Shown one piece after another: positions 19,098 to 27,073 of a stretch of 64,000 nucleotides of DNA. The stretch is taken from positions 6,114-70,113 of the forward strand of contig JAJZYR010000001.1 in assembly GCA_021797995.1 (NCBI GenBank), given 5' to 3'. The position numbers and the translations under genes were made by a program. This DNA comes from Candidatus Micrarchaeota archaeon. GTDB taxonomy: Archaea > Micrarchaeota > Micrarchaeia > Micrarchaeales > CABMGC01. The notes beneath the pieces are model-generated. The model saw only the letters and a program-made list of their open reading frames with translations. It was not told the origin of the DNA and made no database searches. Position 1 is the first letter of the stretch; every line of letters begins with the position of its first letter.

Positions 19098-21218
19098 ATG
19101 CAGTTGGAAGAGCTGAGAGGCAGGATTCCCGATGAGTTCATTGAAGCAGCAGCGGCGCAGGGAATCACGGCCCTCACGCCACCGCAGGAGCTCGCAGTGG
19201 AGAATGGACTCCTTGACGGCAAGAGCTTCGTTGTCGCGGCGCCTACTGCAAGCGGAAAGACGCTGATAGCGGAGATGGCGATAATAAAATCGGCAATCGA
19301 GAGGAAGAGGAAGGCAGTATACGTAGCGCCTATGCGTGCCCTTGTCAGCGAAAAGTTCGCCGACTTCAGGAGATTTTACCCGTCCCTCAGAATTGCTATG
19401 TCTATAGGCGACCTTGACGCGCTCGACCAGTGGCTTACGGAGTACGACATAGTGCTGGCCTCGACAGAGAAGCTTGACAGCCTTATAAGGCACGGCGCAG
19501 GGTGGCTCGGCGAGGCCGGATGCCTGGTCTTCGATGAGGTGCACATGCTTGGAGACCAGGGCAGGGGGCCGACCCTTGAGATACTCATGACGAGGCTGAG
19601 GAGGCTCTGCAAGGATGCACAGATGCTGGCGCTCAGCGCAACGGTAGGAAATTCCGGTGAGCTCGCTGGATGGCTGAACGCCGAGCTCGTCGAAAGCGAC
19701 TACAGGCCCGTGGCCCTTGAGAAAGGGGTGGAGTTCGGTTCGGTGATACACTACGGCGACAGGGAGGAGAAGTTATCCGGCACCCACAAGCTGCCGGAAC
19801 TGAGGATAACGCAGGACACGCTTGAGAAGAAGAAGCAGATACTGCTCTTCTATAGTACCAAGAGAAACGCAGAATCTGGTGCGGAGAAACTCGGCGAGGT
19901 CGTTTCCGGATGCCTGTCCTCTGCCGAGAGGAAAGCACTGGAGTCCCTGAGCAAGACAGCAGTAAGCGCACTCGACAGCCCCACGGCGCAATGCGAGAAG
20001 CTTGGAAGGGCCATCAGGAATGGCGTCGCATTCCATCACAGCGGCCTGGTGAACGAGCAGAGGAAGCTTGTTGAGGACGCCTTCAGGCAGGGGCTGCTGA
20101 AGGCGCTATGCTCTACCACCACTCTTGGAATCGGAGTCAACCTCCCGGCGCACACGGTGGTCGTCAGGGATACGAGCAGGTACAGCGAGGCCGGCGGCGC
20201 GGAAAGAATCGGGGTGAACGAGGTAACGCAGCTCTTCGGGCGGGCTGGCAGGCCCAAGTACGACAAATCCGGCAGGGCCCTTCTCATAGCAAGGTCAGGA
20301 GACGAGATCACAGACCTTTATGACAGGTACATAGCAGGAGAACTCGAACCCATCGTCTCCAAGCTGGGCGTGAAGCCGATTCTGAGGACGCACGTGCTTG
20401 CATTCGTCGCAACGCGCTTCCTTACAAACGAGGACTCCATCCTGGGATTCCTCAGCGAAACGCTCTACGGATACCAGTACTCCAGCCTGTCTGAGCTCAG
20501 GGAGATAACAAGGGAGGTGCTCGGCGAGCTGGAGAAGTGGGGATTTCTCGAGAAGAGGGGAAGCGTATACTCCACAACAAGACTTGGCGGGAGGGTCAGC
20601 GAGCTTTACATAGACCCGCTTTCCGCCAGATGGATACTGGATTCGCTCATGAAGGAGAGGGATGACACCGCAAACCTCTTCATGTTGGCAAACACTGTCG
20701 AGATGCGGCCATATGTCAGGGAGACCGAGGATGCTGCCGAGGCATTCATGCACTACCAGTACATGCTCTCCGGCAACAGCGTCAATTACGACTCTGAAGA
20801 GCTTTTGTTCTATGACCCGATAAAGCCGCTGAGCACGGCACTCATGCTGCGCAGATGGATAAATGAGACTCCTGAGAGGGAGCTCACGCAGGCATACAGA
20901 ACCACACCTGGAGCAATCTACGCAAAGGTCACCAATGCGGACTGGCTGCTTTACGCCTGCACTGAACTTGGAAAGATTGCAAGGGTAAATACGCGGCCGC
21001 TGCTTGAACTCAGGATAAGGATGAAGTATGGGATAAAGAAGGAGCTGGTCGACCTGGTAAGGCTGCGGCAGGTGGGGCGGGCGAGGGCAAGGCTCTTGTA
21101 CGACAATGGCATAAGGAGCGTTGCTGACCTCAGGAAGGAGGGCGCGGCAACGAGGGCCGAGCTGCTCTTTGGAAAGGAAATTTCAAAGATAATACTCGAG
21201 CAGGTGAAGACGCTATGA
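19098..21218 (+). CDS. hel308: Ski2-like DNA helicase Hel308/Hjm
   Basis: Walker A (AAPTASGKTLIAEMA), DEVH box (FDEVHML) and motif VI (GRAGRP) are present. The ~700-aa length with a C-terminal winged-helix/ratchet/HhH region fits. Confidence 0.85.
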   Translation: MQLEELRGRIPDEFIEAAAAQGITALTPPQELAVENGLLDGKSFVVAAPTASGKTLIAEMAIIKSAIERKRKAVYVAPMRALVSEKFADFRRFYPSLRIAMSIGDLDALDQWLTEYDIVLASTEKLDSLIRHGAGWLGEAGCLVFDEVHMLGDQGRGPTLEILMTRLRRLCKDAQMLALSATVGNSGELAGWLNAELVESDYRPVALEKGVEFGSVIHYGDREEKLSGTHKLPELRITQDTLEKKKQILLFYSTKRNAESGAEKLGEVVSGCLSSAERKALESLSKTAVSALDSPTAQCEKLGRAIRNGVAFHHSGLVNEQRKLVEDAFRQGLLKALCSTTTLGIGVNLPAHTVVVRDTSRYSEAGGAERIGVNEVTQLFGRAGRPKYDKSGRALLIARSGDEITDLYDRYIAGELEPIVSKLGVKPILRTHVLAFVATRFLTNEDSILGFLSETLYGYQYSSLSELREITREVLGELEKWGFLEKRGSVYSTTRLGGRVSELYIDPLSARWILDSLMKERDDTANLFMLANTVEMRPYVRETEDAAEAFMHYQYMLSGNSVNYDSEELLFYDPIKPLSTALMLRRWINETPERELTQAYRTTPGAIYAKVTNADWLLYACTELGKIARVNTRPLLELRIRMKYGIKKELVDLVRLRQVGRARARLLYDNGIRSVADLRKEGAATRAELLFGKEISKIILEQVKTL

Positions 21219-21485
21219 GTCCATACGAAGCCACAAGGCTCGCATACGACAGGATAGCCAGGGGCGTGGGCGCTCAAGAATTTCGGGGCATCAGGAATGG
21301 ATGATGAAGTTGGGAGGTTCCTGGATTACGTAAAGGCAGGGAAGACGATACTTGATGCGGGCTGTGGCCCAGGCAGGTACACAAAGCAGTTCATGGAGAG
21401 GGGGTATGAGGCCATAGGAATAGACTTCCCGAGCAATATGCCTGAGGAGGCCATGAGACTCGTGCCCGGGGGAAGTCCCGGCTAG
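21215..21485 (+). pseudogene. Class I SAM-dependent methyltransferase remnant (frameshifted and 3'-truncated)
   Basis: ATG 21215 overlaps the hel308 stop (ATGA) and reads MSPYEATRLAYDRIA... to a stop at 21304. The homology then continues in another frame (ILDAGCGPGRYTKQFMERGYEAIGIDFPSNM, SAM motif I) and stops at 21485 with about 100 aa of the fold missing. Confidence 0.45.
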
Positions 21486-21667
21486 AGGATGTGCTCGACT
21501 CGCACATAAAGAGGCTCACGAACACGCGGATTGTAGTGTTCGCCTAGGCGCAGAAATTGGATTTCCAGAGTGTTTTGTGTGTCCGCCACAAAACGACGAC
21601 GGCAGAAAGATTTATATAAACGCCGTTCGTAGTACTCTCCAGACCAAAAAGGCGATTGGTGATAAAA

Positions 21668-22039
21668 ATGGGAGTTTTTGACAAACTAGGACAGGCATTT
21701 GGCTCGGCCAAAGAGATAAACGTGGAAGATTACATGAACTCGGTGGAAATGGATGACGTCGATCTGCTCCATGAACCGGCAGATATGTACATAAAGCCGG
21801 TATCGATAGCAAGCGAGGATGACGTCAAACCTATCGAGGAGGAACTTGCAAAGAAGAACATAATCCTCCTTGACATGACAGAGCTCAACAAGAGACCCAC
21901 GACCAGGGGCAATGTGGTAACTGAGCTGAAGAGGTACGTTGACAAGATAAACGGCGACATCGGCCAGATAGACGCCAACAGGGTACTGATCACGCCTGCG
22001 AAGGTAAAGATCGTAAAGAGAAAGAAGTCGGGAAAGTAA
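21668..22039 (+). CDS. sepF: SepF-like cell-division protein (FtsZ anchor)
   Basis: An amphipathic N-terminus (MGVFDKLGQAFG) is followed by a DUF552-like core (YIKPVSIASEDDVKPIEEELAKKNIILLDMTEL...ITPAKVKIV). The track ORF starts at TTG 21656. Confidence 0.7.
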   Translation: MGVFDKLGQAFGSAKEINVEDYMNSVEMDDVDLLHEPADMYIKPVSIASEDDVKPIEEELAKKNIILLDMTELNKRPTTRGNVVTELKRYVDKINGDIGQIDANRVLITPAKVKIVKRKKSGK

Positions 22040-22163
22040 GCGTGCAGCTGGGCGCAATCGCATGCGCATGCCAGGCGCGCCGCCGCAGGAGCTTGCGCCT
22101 ACTACAGGATTTGGTCCTCATGCGGATCCGGATCGGGGTCCGCGCCGTTTAGAGGCAAGCGGT

Positions 22164-22835
22164 TTACTTTAGTGCAGTAATCAGCGAATGCACCTCCCGC
22201 CTGGTCGGCTGCGCGCTGAATATAAGTCTTTTGAATGCATTCATCACGGCGCGCCTGTTCCTTATCTTCTTCCTGCTTATCAGCTCCCGAAATGTTGAGA
22301 ATAGGAACTCCAGCTCCTTCCTGTCCGGATCTTCGGCTGTGGCCTCTTCCTTTATCCCTGAAAATCCGGCCTTCGTGAAGGCGTATAAGAGGACGGCAAG
22401 GGCGTGGGATACGTTTAGGACAGGATAGCCGGGATTCGCCCCTATATGGACAAGCATGTCGCACTTCTCAAGCTCCTCGGTGCTGAGCCCGGTTCCCTCC
22501 CTTCCCAGTACGACTCCTACAATGCCGCTCTTCCTTATTCTTGACTTATTGATCTTTGCTATTGCATCGTCCAGCAGGAGGAGATTCCTGAAGTTCCTCC
22601 TCGCCTTTTCCCTTATGCCTGTCGTTCCCACGACCACGCTGCAGTCTCTTATCGCATCATCAAGGCTGCTGAACACGGTTGCCCCGAGAAGAAGGTCCTT
22701 TGCGTGCTTTGAGTACATTATCGCCCTCTTTCCCCCCTTGTCTGCTATGGGATTGACAAGCGCTAAACCCCCTACTCCGAAGTTCTCTGAGACCCTTGCA
22801 ATGTAGCCCAGGTTCAGCTGGTATCTCGGCTCCAC
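22164..22835 (-). CDS. trmJ: SPOUT-class tRNA 2'-O-methyltransferase, TrmJ-like
   Basis: The sequence LNLGYIARVSENFGVGGLALVNP ... VVLGREGTGLSTEEL ... NPGYPVLNVSHALAVLLY carries the SpoU motifs. Homology continues upstream of the annotated GTG (see findings). Confidence 0.7.
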   Translation of the reverse strand: MEPRYQLNLGYIARVSENFGVGGLALVNPIADKGGKRAIMYSKHAKDLLLGATVFSSLDDAIRDCSVVVGTTGIREKARRNFRNLLLLDDAIAKINKSRIRKSGIVGVVLGREGTGLSTEELEKCDMLVHIGANPGYPVLNVSHALAVLLYAFTKAGFSGIKEEATAEDPDRKELEFLFSTFRELISRKKIRNRRAVMNAFKRLIFSAQPTRREVHSLITALK

Positions 22836-22852
22836 GACTATTACCTTAAGCC

Positions 22853-23548
22853 TCAGACGACCACCGAGAACAGGATGAGAAGGGAGATTGAGTTCAGCAG
22901 TATGTGCGCTATTATAGACGGGTAAAGCGAATTCGTCTTCTTGTACACGTAGCCGCTTATCAGCCCGAATACGAATGCGGCGATGACCTCTATGCCGAAG
23001 GTTGAGTTGTATGTAAAGTGGGCGAGGCCGAAGATCGCAGCGCTTGCCAGGATTCCGACCCTTGGAACCAGGAATCCGCGGAAGAACACCTCCTCGTTTA
23101 TCGGAGCAATTATCGCTGAGAAAACCAGGAACCAGGCAGGCGCAGAGCCGAAGATCGCAGCTACATTGGAGCTTATATGGACCCCGGTTGCATAAGAGGC
23201 AACGGCTACAATTACCTCCAATGTGAGGAGGATCGCCAGGATCAGAAAGCCAAGAAGGACATTGGAGATCCGTATGCTGCCCTTCCCGAGCCCGAGCATC
23301 GACGGTATCCTTACTGGTTTGAGCCTTTTGTACAGGAGGAAGTAATAAAGCACCGAGAGCGAAAAGGACATCGAGAGCGATGCTGCCGAGTCATACTCAA
23401 GGCTGCTGTAGCTCATGGCCCCGGTAGAGTAGAGGTATGCCCATGGGATGCTGAGTATAAGCAGTAGTACTGCAAAGATCAGTAGGAAGATGGAGACTGG
23501 CCTTGCCAGACCTGCGCCGTCGCCCCGCCCTGATTTTTTGGCCCCCAA
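22853..23548 (-). CDS. CPBP-family intramembrane metalloprotease (CAAX protease-like)
   Basis: It is polytopic, with motifs INEEVFFRGF (EExxxR), FGLAHF (FxxxH) and AHILLN (HxxxN). Confidence 0.8.
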   Translation of the reverse strand: MGAKKSGRGDGAGLARPVSIFLLIFAVLLLILSIPWAYLYSTGAMSYSSLEYDSAASLSMSFSLSVLYYFLLYKRLKPVRIPSMLGLGKGSIRISNVLLGFLILAILLTLEVIVAVASYATGVHISSNVAAIFGSAPAWFLVFSAIIAPINEEVFFRGFLVPRVGILASAAIFGLAHFTYNSTFGIEVIAAFVFGLISGYVYKKTNSLYPSIIAHILLNSISLLILFSVVV

Positions 23549-23561
23549 TCAGACCCAACCT

Positions 23562-23720
23562 CTACTTGTTAGCCTTCCATTCTGTGTATTTGCACCTTCC
23601 GCATGCAAACCTGTCCTTGTGGTCCGCCATCCTCGCACCGCACTTCGAGCAGAACTTTGCCGCAGGCTTATAGGCTTTGATGCTCTTCTTCTTCGCATGC
23701 TGCACTGCTTTATCCTCCAT
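23562..23720 (-). CDS. rps27ae: 30S ribosomal protein S27ae (eS31) zinc-ribbon protein
   Basis: This 52-aa ORF is absent from the track (under 60 aa). My hand translation is MEDKAVQHAKKKSIKAYKPAAKFCSKCGARMADHKDRFACGRCKYTEWKANK. It sits directly downstream of S24e, as in other archaea. Confidence 0.8.
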   Translation of the reverse strand: MEDKAVQHAKKKSIKAYKPAAKFCSKCGARMADHKDRFACGRCKYTEWKANK

Positions 23721-23730
23721 GTCTACACCA

Positions 23731-24063
23731 TCATTCCTTCTTCTCAGCCGTCGGAGCCCCTGCCGCAGCTGCAGGAGACGCGTCTGCCGGCTTCTTCGGC
23801 TTCTTCTCCTTGTACTTCTTCGCGAACCTGTCCATCGACTCCTTTGAACCGTATGAGTATGCGGTAATCTTGCTAACCCTGAGCCCGTACTCCTGGTCTA
23901 TCCTTATAATGTCAAGCGTATCCGGGCTGAGGCCTAGCTTCTTGCATATGCCCTCCCTAATCTCGTCGCGTGTGGGCGTCTTGCCCTCATAGCTCGCTTC
24001 TATTGAGAGCTCGTGCCTCCCGAAGAGCTTGTTCTCTTTATCTTCAAGCAGTTTCAATTCCAT
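23731..24063 (-). CDS. rps24e: 30S ribosomal protein S24e
   Basis: LLEDKENKLFGRHELSIEASYEGKTPTRDEIREGICKKLG matches S24e. A K/A/P-rich tail follows. Confidence 0.85.
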   Translation of the reverse strand: MELKLLEDKENKLFGRHELSIEASYEGKTPTRDEIREGICKKLGLSPDTLDIIRIDQEYGLRVSKITAYSYGSKESMDRFAKKYKEKKPKKPADASPAAAAGAPTAEKKE

Positions 24064-24064
24064 C

Positions 24065-24469
24065 TCATTGACCTCCTGATATCCTTGATATTGCCTTCCT
24101 TCCCATCGTCTCTATTATCTCGACTTCAGCTCCTGCCTTTATTGAGTCCCTGAACTCCTCCTGTATCGGCACGTCGAACGTGTCATAAGTGTCGAGATCC
24201 ATGAGCTGTGCCGTCGTGCCGGCGATTGACACCACCTGCGCCTTCTTCTTGCTGATGATCGGAACCTCTATATCGGCATGGCTTGGGGCGAGCATCGTCC
24301 TCTTCGCACCGTCGAAGACGCCTACTGCGGTGACCCGTACCTTCGCCGCCCCATGCTTTCCAGGGGCCGAAAAGTCGAGCTCCACGACCTTGCACGGAAT
24401 CCCGTCGATCAGTATATACTTTCCAGGCTTCACTTCTTTCATTGAGGAATACATTATGTCTTCCGGCAT
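24065..24469 (-). CDS. eif5a: Translation initiation factor 5A (aIF5A)
   Basis: The hypusine loop context (SAPGKHGAAKVRVTAVGVFDG) is present and the OB-fold C-terminal half fits. Confidence 0.9.
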   Translation of the reverse strand: MPEDIMYSSMKEVKPGKYILIDGIPCKVVELDFSAPGKHGAAKVRVTAVGVFDGAKRTMLAPSHADIEVPIISKKKAQVVSIAGTTAQLMDLDTYDTFDVPIQEEFRDSIKAGAEVEIIETMGRKAISRISGGQ

Positions 24470-24573
24470 TATATCAACATTAGCCTGGATGGAATAAAAG
24501 CTAAGGCCCTTCAGAATATTATGTATAGAAATGAATATAAATAGAGTGGAGGTATCTGCTATACGGCCCTCTT

Positions 24574-24858
24574 ATGGGAATAAGCATTATGCTTGGATCC
24601 TTGTATGCATTTGGCATATCCGCCGCCCAGTATGCAGGCTCCGCTGCGGAGCGCGGATACATACTTACTGGCCAGGTATCCATCGCTGCCGGCATTGCGT
24701 TTCTGGTGTTCCTCCCGCTGTCGATAGTGTTGCTGACCCTGTCCCTGCTGACCAAGAATGACGAGCATGGAAGGGATAGAAAGAGAACATTAAGGAGGAT
24801 AACCTTCGTGCTGCTCTCCCTTACGGTGCTCAGCTTCCTGATGGTCGTATTTGCATGA
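24574..24858 (+). CDS. Small integral membrane protein (3 predicted TM helices)
   Basis: Hydrophobic segments are separated by a basic loop (KNDEHGRDRKRTLRR). It looks more protein-like than the antisense ORF 24519..24932. Confidence 0.4.
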   Translation: MGISIMLGSLYAFGISAAQYAGSAAERGYILTGQVSIAAGIAFLVFLPLSIVLLTLSLLTKNDEHGRDRKRTLRRITFVLLSLTVLSFLMVVFA

Positions 24859-24882
24859 GTTGTTGCTTGCATCTCCATGCCG

Positions 24883-24972
24883 ACTATAACTCCGAGCATC
24901 AGCAAGACGGGCTTAAGATTCATCAACGTCACCGCATACTTCCAGGCAGTCGTGGCCTAATCACGATGGCAA
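24883..24972. repeat. Left copy of a perfect 90-bp direct repeat
   Basis: I compared gactataactccgagcatcagcaag...cacgatggca base by base with 26937..27026 and the two are identical. It contains a duplicated start codon plus 17 codons (MTLMNLKPVLLMLGVIV) and 40 nt of 5' flank of the minus-strand gene 26656..26988. Confidence 0.95.
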
Positions 24973-25079
24973 GGGGCCGCGTGCTATAGAGTATCTCAAA
25001 ATAACAAAATACTGTAACTGATCTGCTCAAAAGGAAAATAGTTATATACGAGAAAATTCAAAACTGGTAGTGTGAAGAG

Positions 25080-26615
25080 ATGGGCGTTGAATCCAATAGA
25101 ATATCATCTGGTGTACCGCGTGTACCGTCATCTGGTGTGCCGCCGATTTGTAATCTATTACGAGGAACAGGCTCAGATCTTAGCCGTAGGGGTGTATGGC
25201 AACGACGACCCCTACAGAGTCCAGATCGGTTGGATTTGGAAAGAAGTCCCGAAGCATATATTGAACGCGAAATACCTGGAGAAGTGAGTCTGCCTAAGCC
25301 GATTAGCCTTATTCCAGGATACCCCCTTAAGGAGGTATTCTATCAAAGGGAACCGGTATCGATGTACAGGGATGTGTGGGAACCAGAGGGGAATTGCAGG
25401 AAGAGCCCGGTATGGGTATTCTTCGATAATATCCACGTTGCATCTATTACAACAGAGGGGGAATCGCGCATTGGGTTTACTTCAAAGACACAGGACACTT
25501 TCTTATCTAGATACTTCACTCCAAGAGAAATTCTTCTCCTTACGCTGGCAATGGCGCCGCAAATGCCGCTAAGAGATCGGATAGCAGAAGCTGCAGGCAT
25601 ATCGACAGATAGACTTGAAAATGCACAGCAGCTCGTAACAAGATATCAGGATTTGCGCGATAGGCTTGTCTTTAGACTCCAACCGGTAAGGACCATAGAT
25701 TATCAATATGCTATAGATAACATATTCTATGAAAGTGGGGAAGTAAGCGTATCGAATTCCTCTAGCAAGGATAATCCAAATCCGTCTTATGTGCGGATCT
25801 GCTTTGGAAAAGAGGTCGTTGCCATAATAGATATAGACCCAGAAACAGGAAGAATTAGAGGTATGTCGGAGGGGAAGAGAAACCTTCTGATTATTGCCTT
25901 GGATACTGCAAAGGACATGCCTTTTAGGGATGACATTATAAAAGTACTGGACGTAACCGGAGATGAATTAGCAGGGGCAGGGGTGCTGCGTGAGAAGTAT
26001 GAAGAGTACAAAAGCAGGCATAGTAGGGTTACACCAACGCGCGAGACGCTAGAATGGGGGAGCATGACCGATCCAAAAGAGCATAATCCAGACTATTTTG
26101 CTTATATAGTACATGGTTTGTCTGGTGATTCTAATCACAGTCAACAAAGGCTTGTTGATCTTTATGCGCTAAGGGATGGCGAAGAAATTGCCACAAGTTA
26201 TGAAAATCCGCTGGCCAAGCCCGAACTTTTCGTTACTAGAAGCCACATCTCCTGCTCTCTTATAACTCAAGACTACCATAACTTATGGATGAATAAGGGT
26301 GGATTGATACTAAAAGTGCCGAGAGAGAACATAAGGAAGGCGGCACCGGAAGACTTAGGGACAGTTTCTGTTGGAGATGAGTATGATGCTTACCTGCCAG
26401 ATCCGGCATGGGTACTTCATGGAGGGCTTAATGAGGTAAGTATAGCTGGTGTAAATAAGCAGGCCGGTACGCAGATAGAGATCGAAGGGGGTATAATCAT
26501 TGTTGATCCGCTTACAGGTGCTCCTGTAGATAAGGAGCTAGCACGCAATGTGAGGCTCTTCTGCGAGAAGCTGGGCCTGCCTGTAATAGAACTGGGGGAT
26601 AATATAGCGCTCTGA
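25080..26615 (+). CDS. ORFan protein with an internal tandem duplication of an HTH-like module; function unknown
   Basis: This is a long open frame in a low-GC segment. Two repeat units align: VWVFFDNIHVASIT..REILLLTLAMAPQMPLRDRIAEAAGISTDRLENA versus VRICFGKEVVAIID..RNLLIIALDTAKDMPFRDDIIKVLDVTGDELAGA. The N-terminal ~68 aa look non-genic, so the true start may be GTG 25284 or a later codon. Confidence 0.6.
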   Translation: MGVESNRISSGVPRVPSSGVPPICNLLRGTGSDLSRRGVWQRRPLQSPDRLDLERSPEAYIEREIPGEVSLPKPISLIPGYPLKEVFYQREPVSMYRDVWEPEGNCRKSPVWVFFDNIHVASITTEGESRIGFTSKTQDTFLSRYFTPREILLLTLAMAPQMPLRDRIAEAAGISTDRLENAQQLVTRYQDLRDRLVFRLQPVRTIDYQYAIDNIFYESGEVSVSNSSSKDNPNPSYVRICFGKEVVAIIDIDPETGRIRGMSEGKRNLLIIALDTAKDMPFRDDIIKVLDVTGDELAGAGVLREKYEEYKSRHSRVTPTRETLEWGSMTDPKEHNPDYFAYIVHGLSGDSNHSQQRLVDLYALRDGEEIATSYENPLAKPELFVTRSHISCSLITQDYHNLWMNKGGLILKVPRENIRKAAPEDLGTVSVGDEYDAYLPDPAWVLHGGLNEVSIAGVNKQAGTQIEIEGGIIIVDPLTGAPVDKELARNVRLFCEKLGLPVIELGDNIAL

Positions 26616-26655
26616 ATCGGGGCTGGTGGCGGTGTAAAGTCCGGCAGAAGCCTGC

Positions 26656-26988
26656 TTACCTGTACGACGTCGATGGAGGCTCGCTCTTTGCCTGTTTCTG
26701 CTTTGGAGGGGCAGTTGGCCTCTGGCGCATTATGTATGCCCTCTGCATAAAGTCGAGATGCTGGCCGAACAGCATGATGCGTATTATTATGGCGGCGATG
26801 ACCAGCCAGAACGACTCCCAAAAGGTTATCGTTATAGGCGTTCCGAGAAGCTTCCATGAGTAAAGGAGGTAGAAGACATAGTTGAGCGCAAACATGAGGA
26901 GGAAGGGTCCGAGGAACAGGAGCAGGAGTATGGCCATGACTATAACTCCGAGCATCAGCAAGACGGGCTTAAGATTCATCAACGTCAC
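26656..26988 (-). CDS. Small integral membrane protein (3 TM) with a P/K/Q-rich tail
   Basis: MTLMNLKPVLLMLGVIVMAILLLLFLGPFLLMFALNYVFYLLY... is strongly hydrophobic. Its 5' end lies inside the right 90-bp repeat. Confidence 0.55.
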   Translation of the reverse strand: MTLMNLKPVLLMLGVIVMAILLLLFLGPFLLMFALNYVFYLLYSWKLLGTPITITFWESFWLVIAAIIIRIMLFGQHLDFMQRAYIMRQRPTAPPKQKQAKSEPPSTSYR

Positions 26989-27026
26989 CGCATACTTCCA
27001 GGCAGTCGTGGCCTAATCACGATGGC
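26937..27026. repeat. Right copy of the perfect 90-bp direct repeat
   Basis: It is identical to 24883..24972, at a spacing of 2054 bp. Confidence 0.95.
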
Positions 27027-27073
27027 AGCCGGCATGGACTTCCCCATGCCCGGGCCAGGATAATGAGGATGTG

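Noticed and set aside
24519-24932. A 137-aa minus-strand ORF starting MTLMNLKPVLLMLGVIV.
   Set aside because: Only the first 17 codons are meaningful, because they lie in the duplicated 90-bp repeat. The rest is antisense to a better membrane-protein ORF (24574-24858) and does not look protein-like. It is a by-product of the duplication.
25072-25287. A RelE/ParE-type toxin call for the 71-aa ORF in the insertion.
   Set aside because: The resemblance is limited to one hydrophobic stretch, catalytic residues are not identifiable, and no partner antitoxin ORF is present. I report it only as an alternative reading frame.
26150-26500. An ADP-ribosyltransferase-like R / S-x-S / E-x-E pattern in the C-terminal half of the ORFan (LRDG, ISCSL, IEIEGG).
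   Set aside because: The spacing between the three elements (about 27 and about 78 residues) does not fit R-S-E ARTs, and the surrounding context (for example ExE followed by LLPRG) is absent. It is probably chance.
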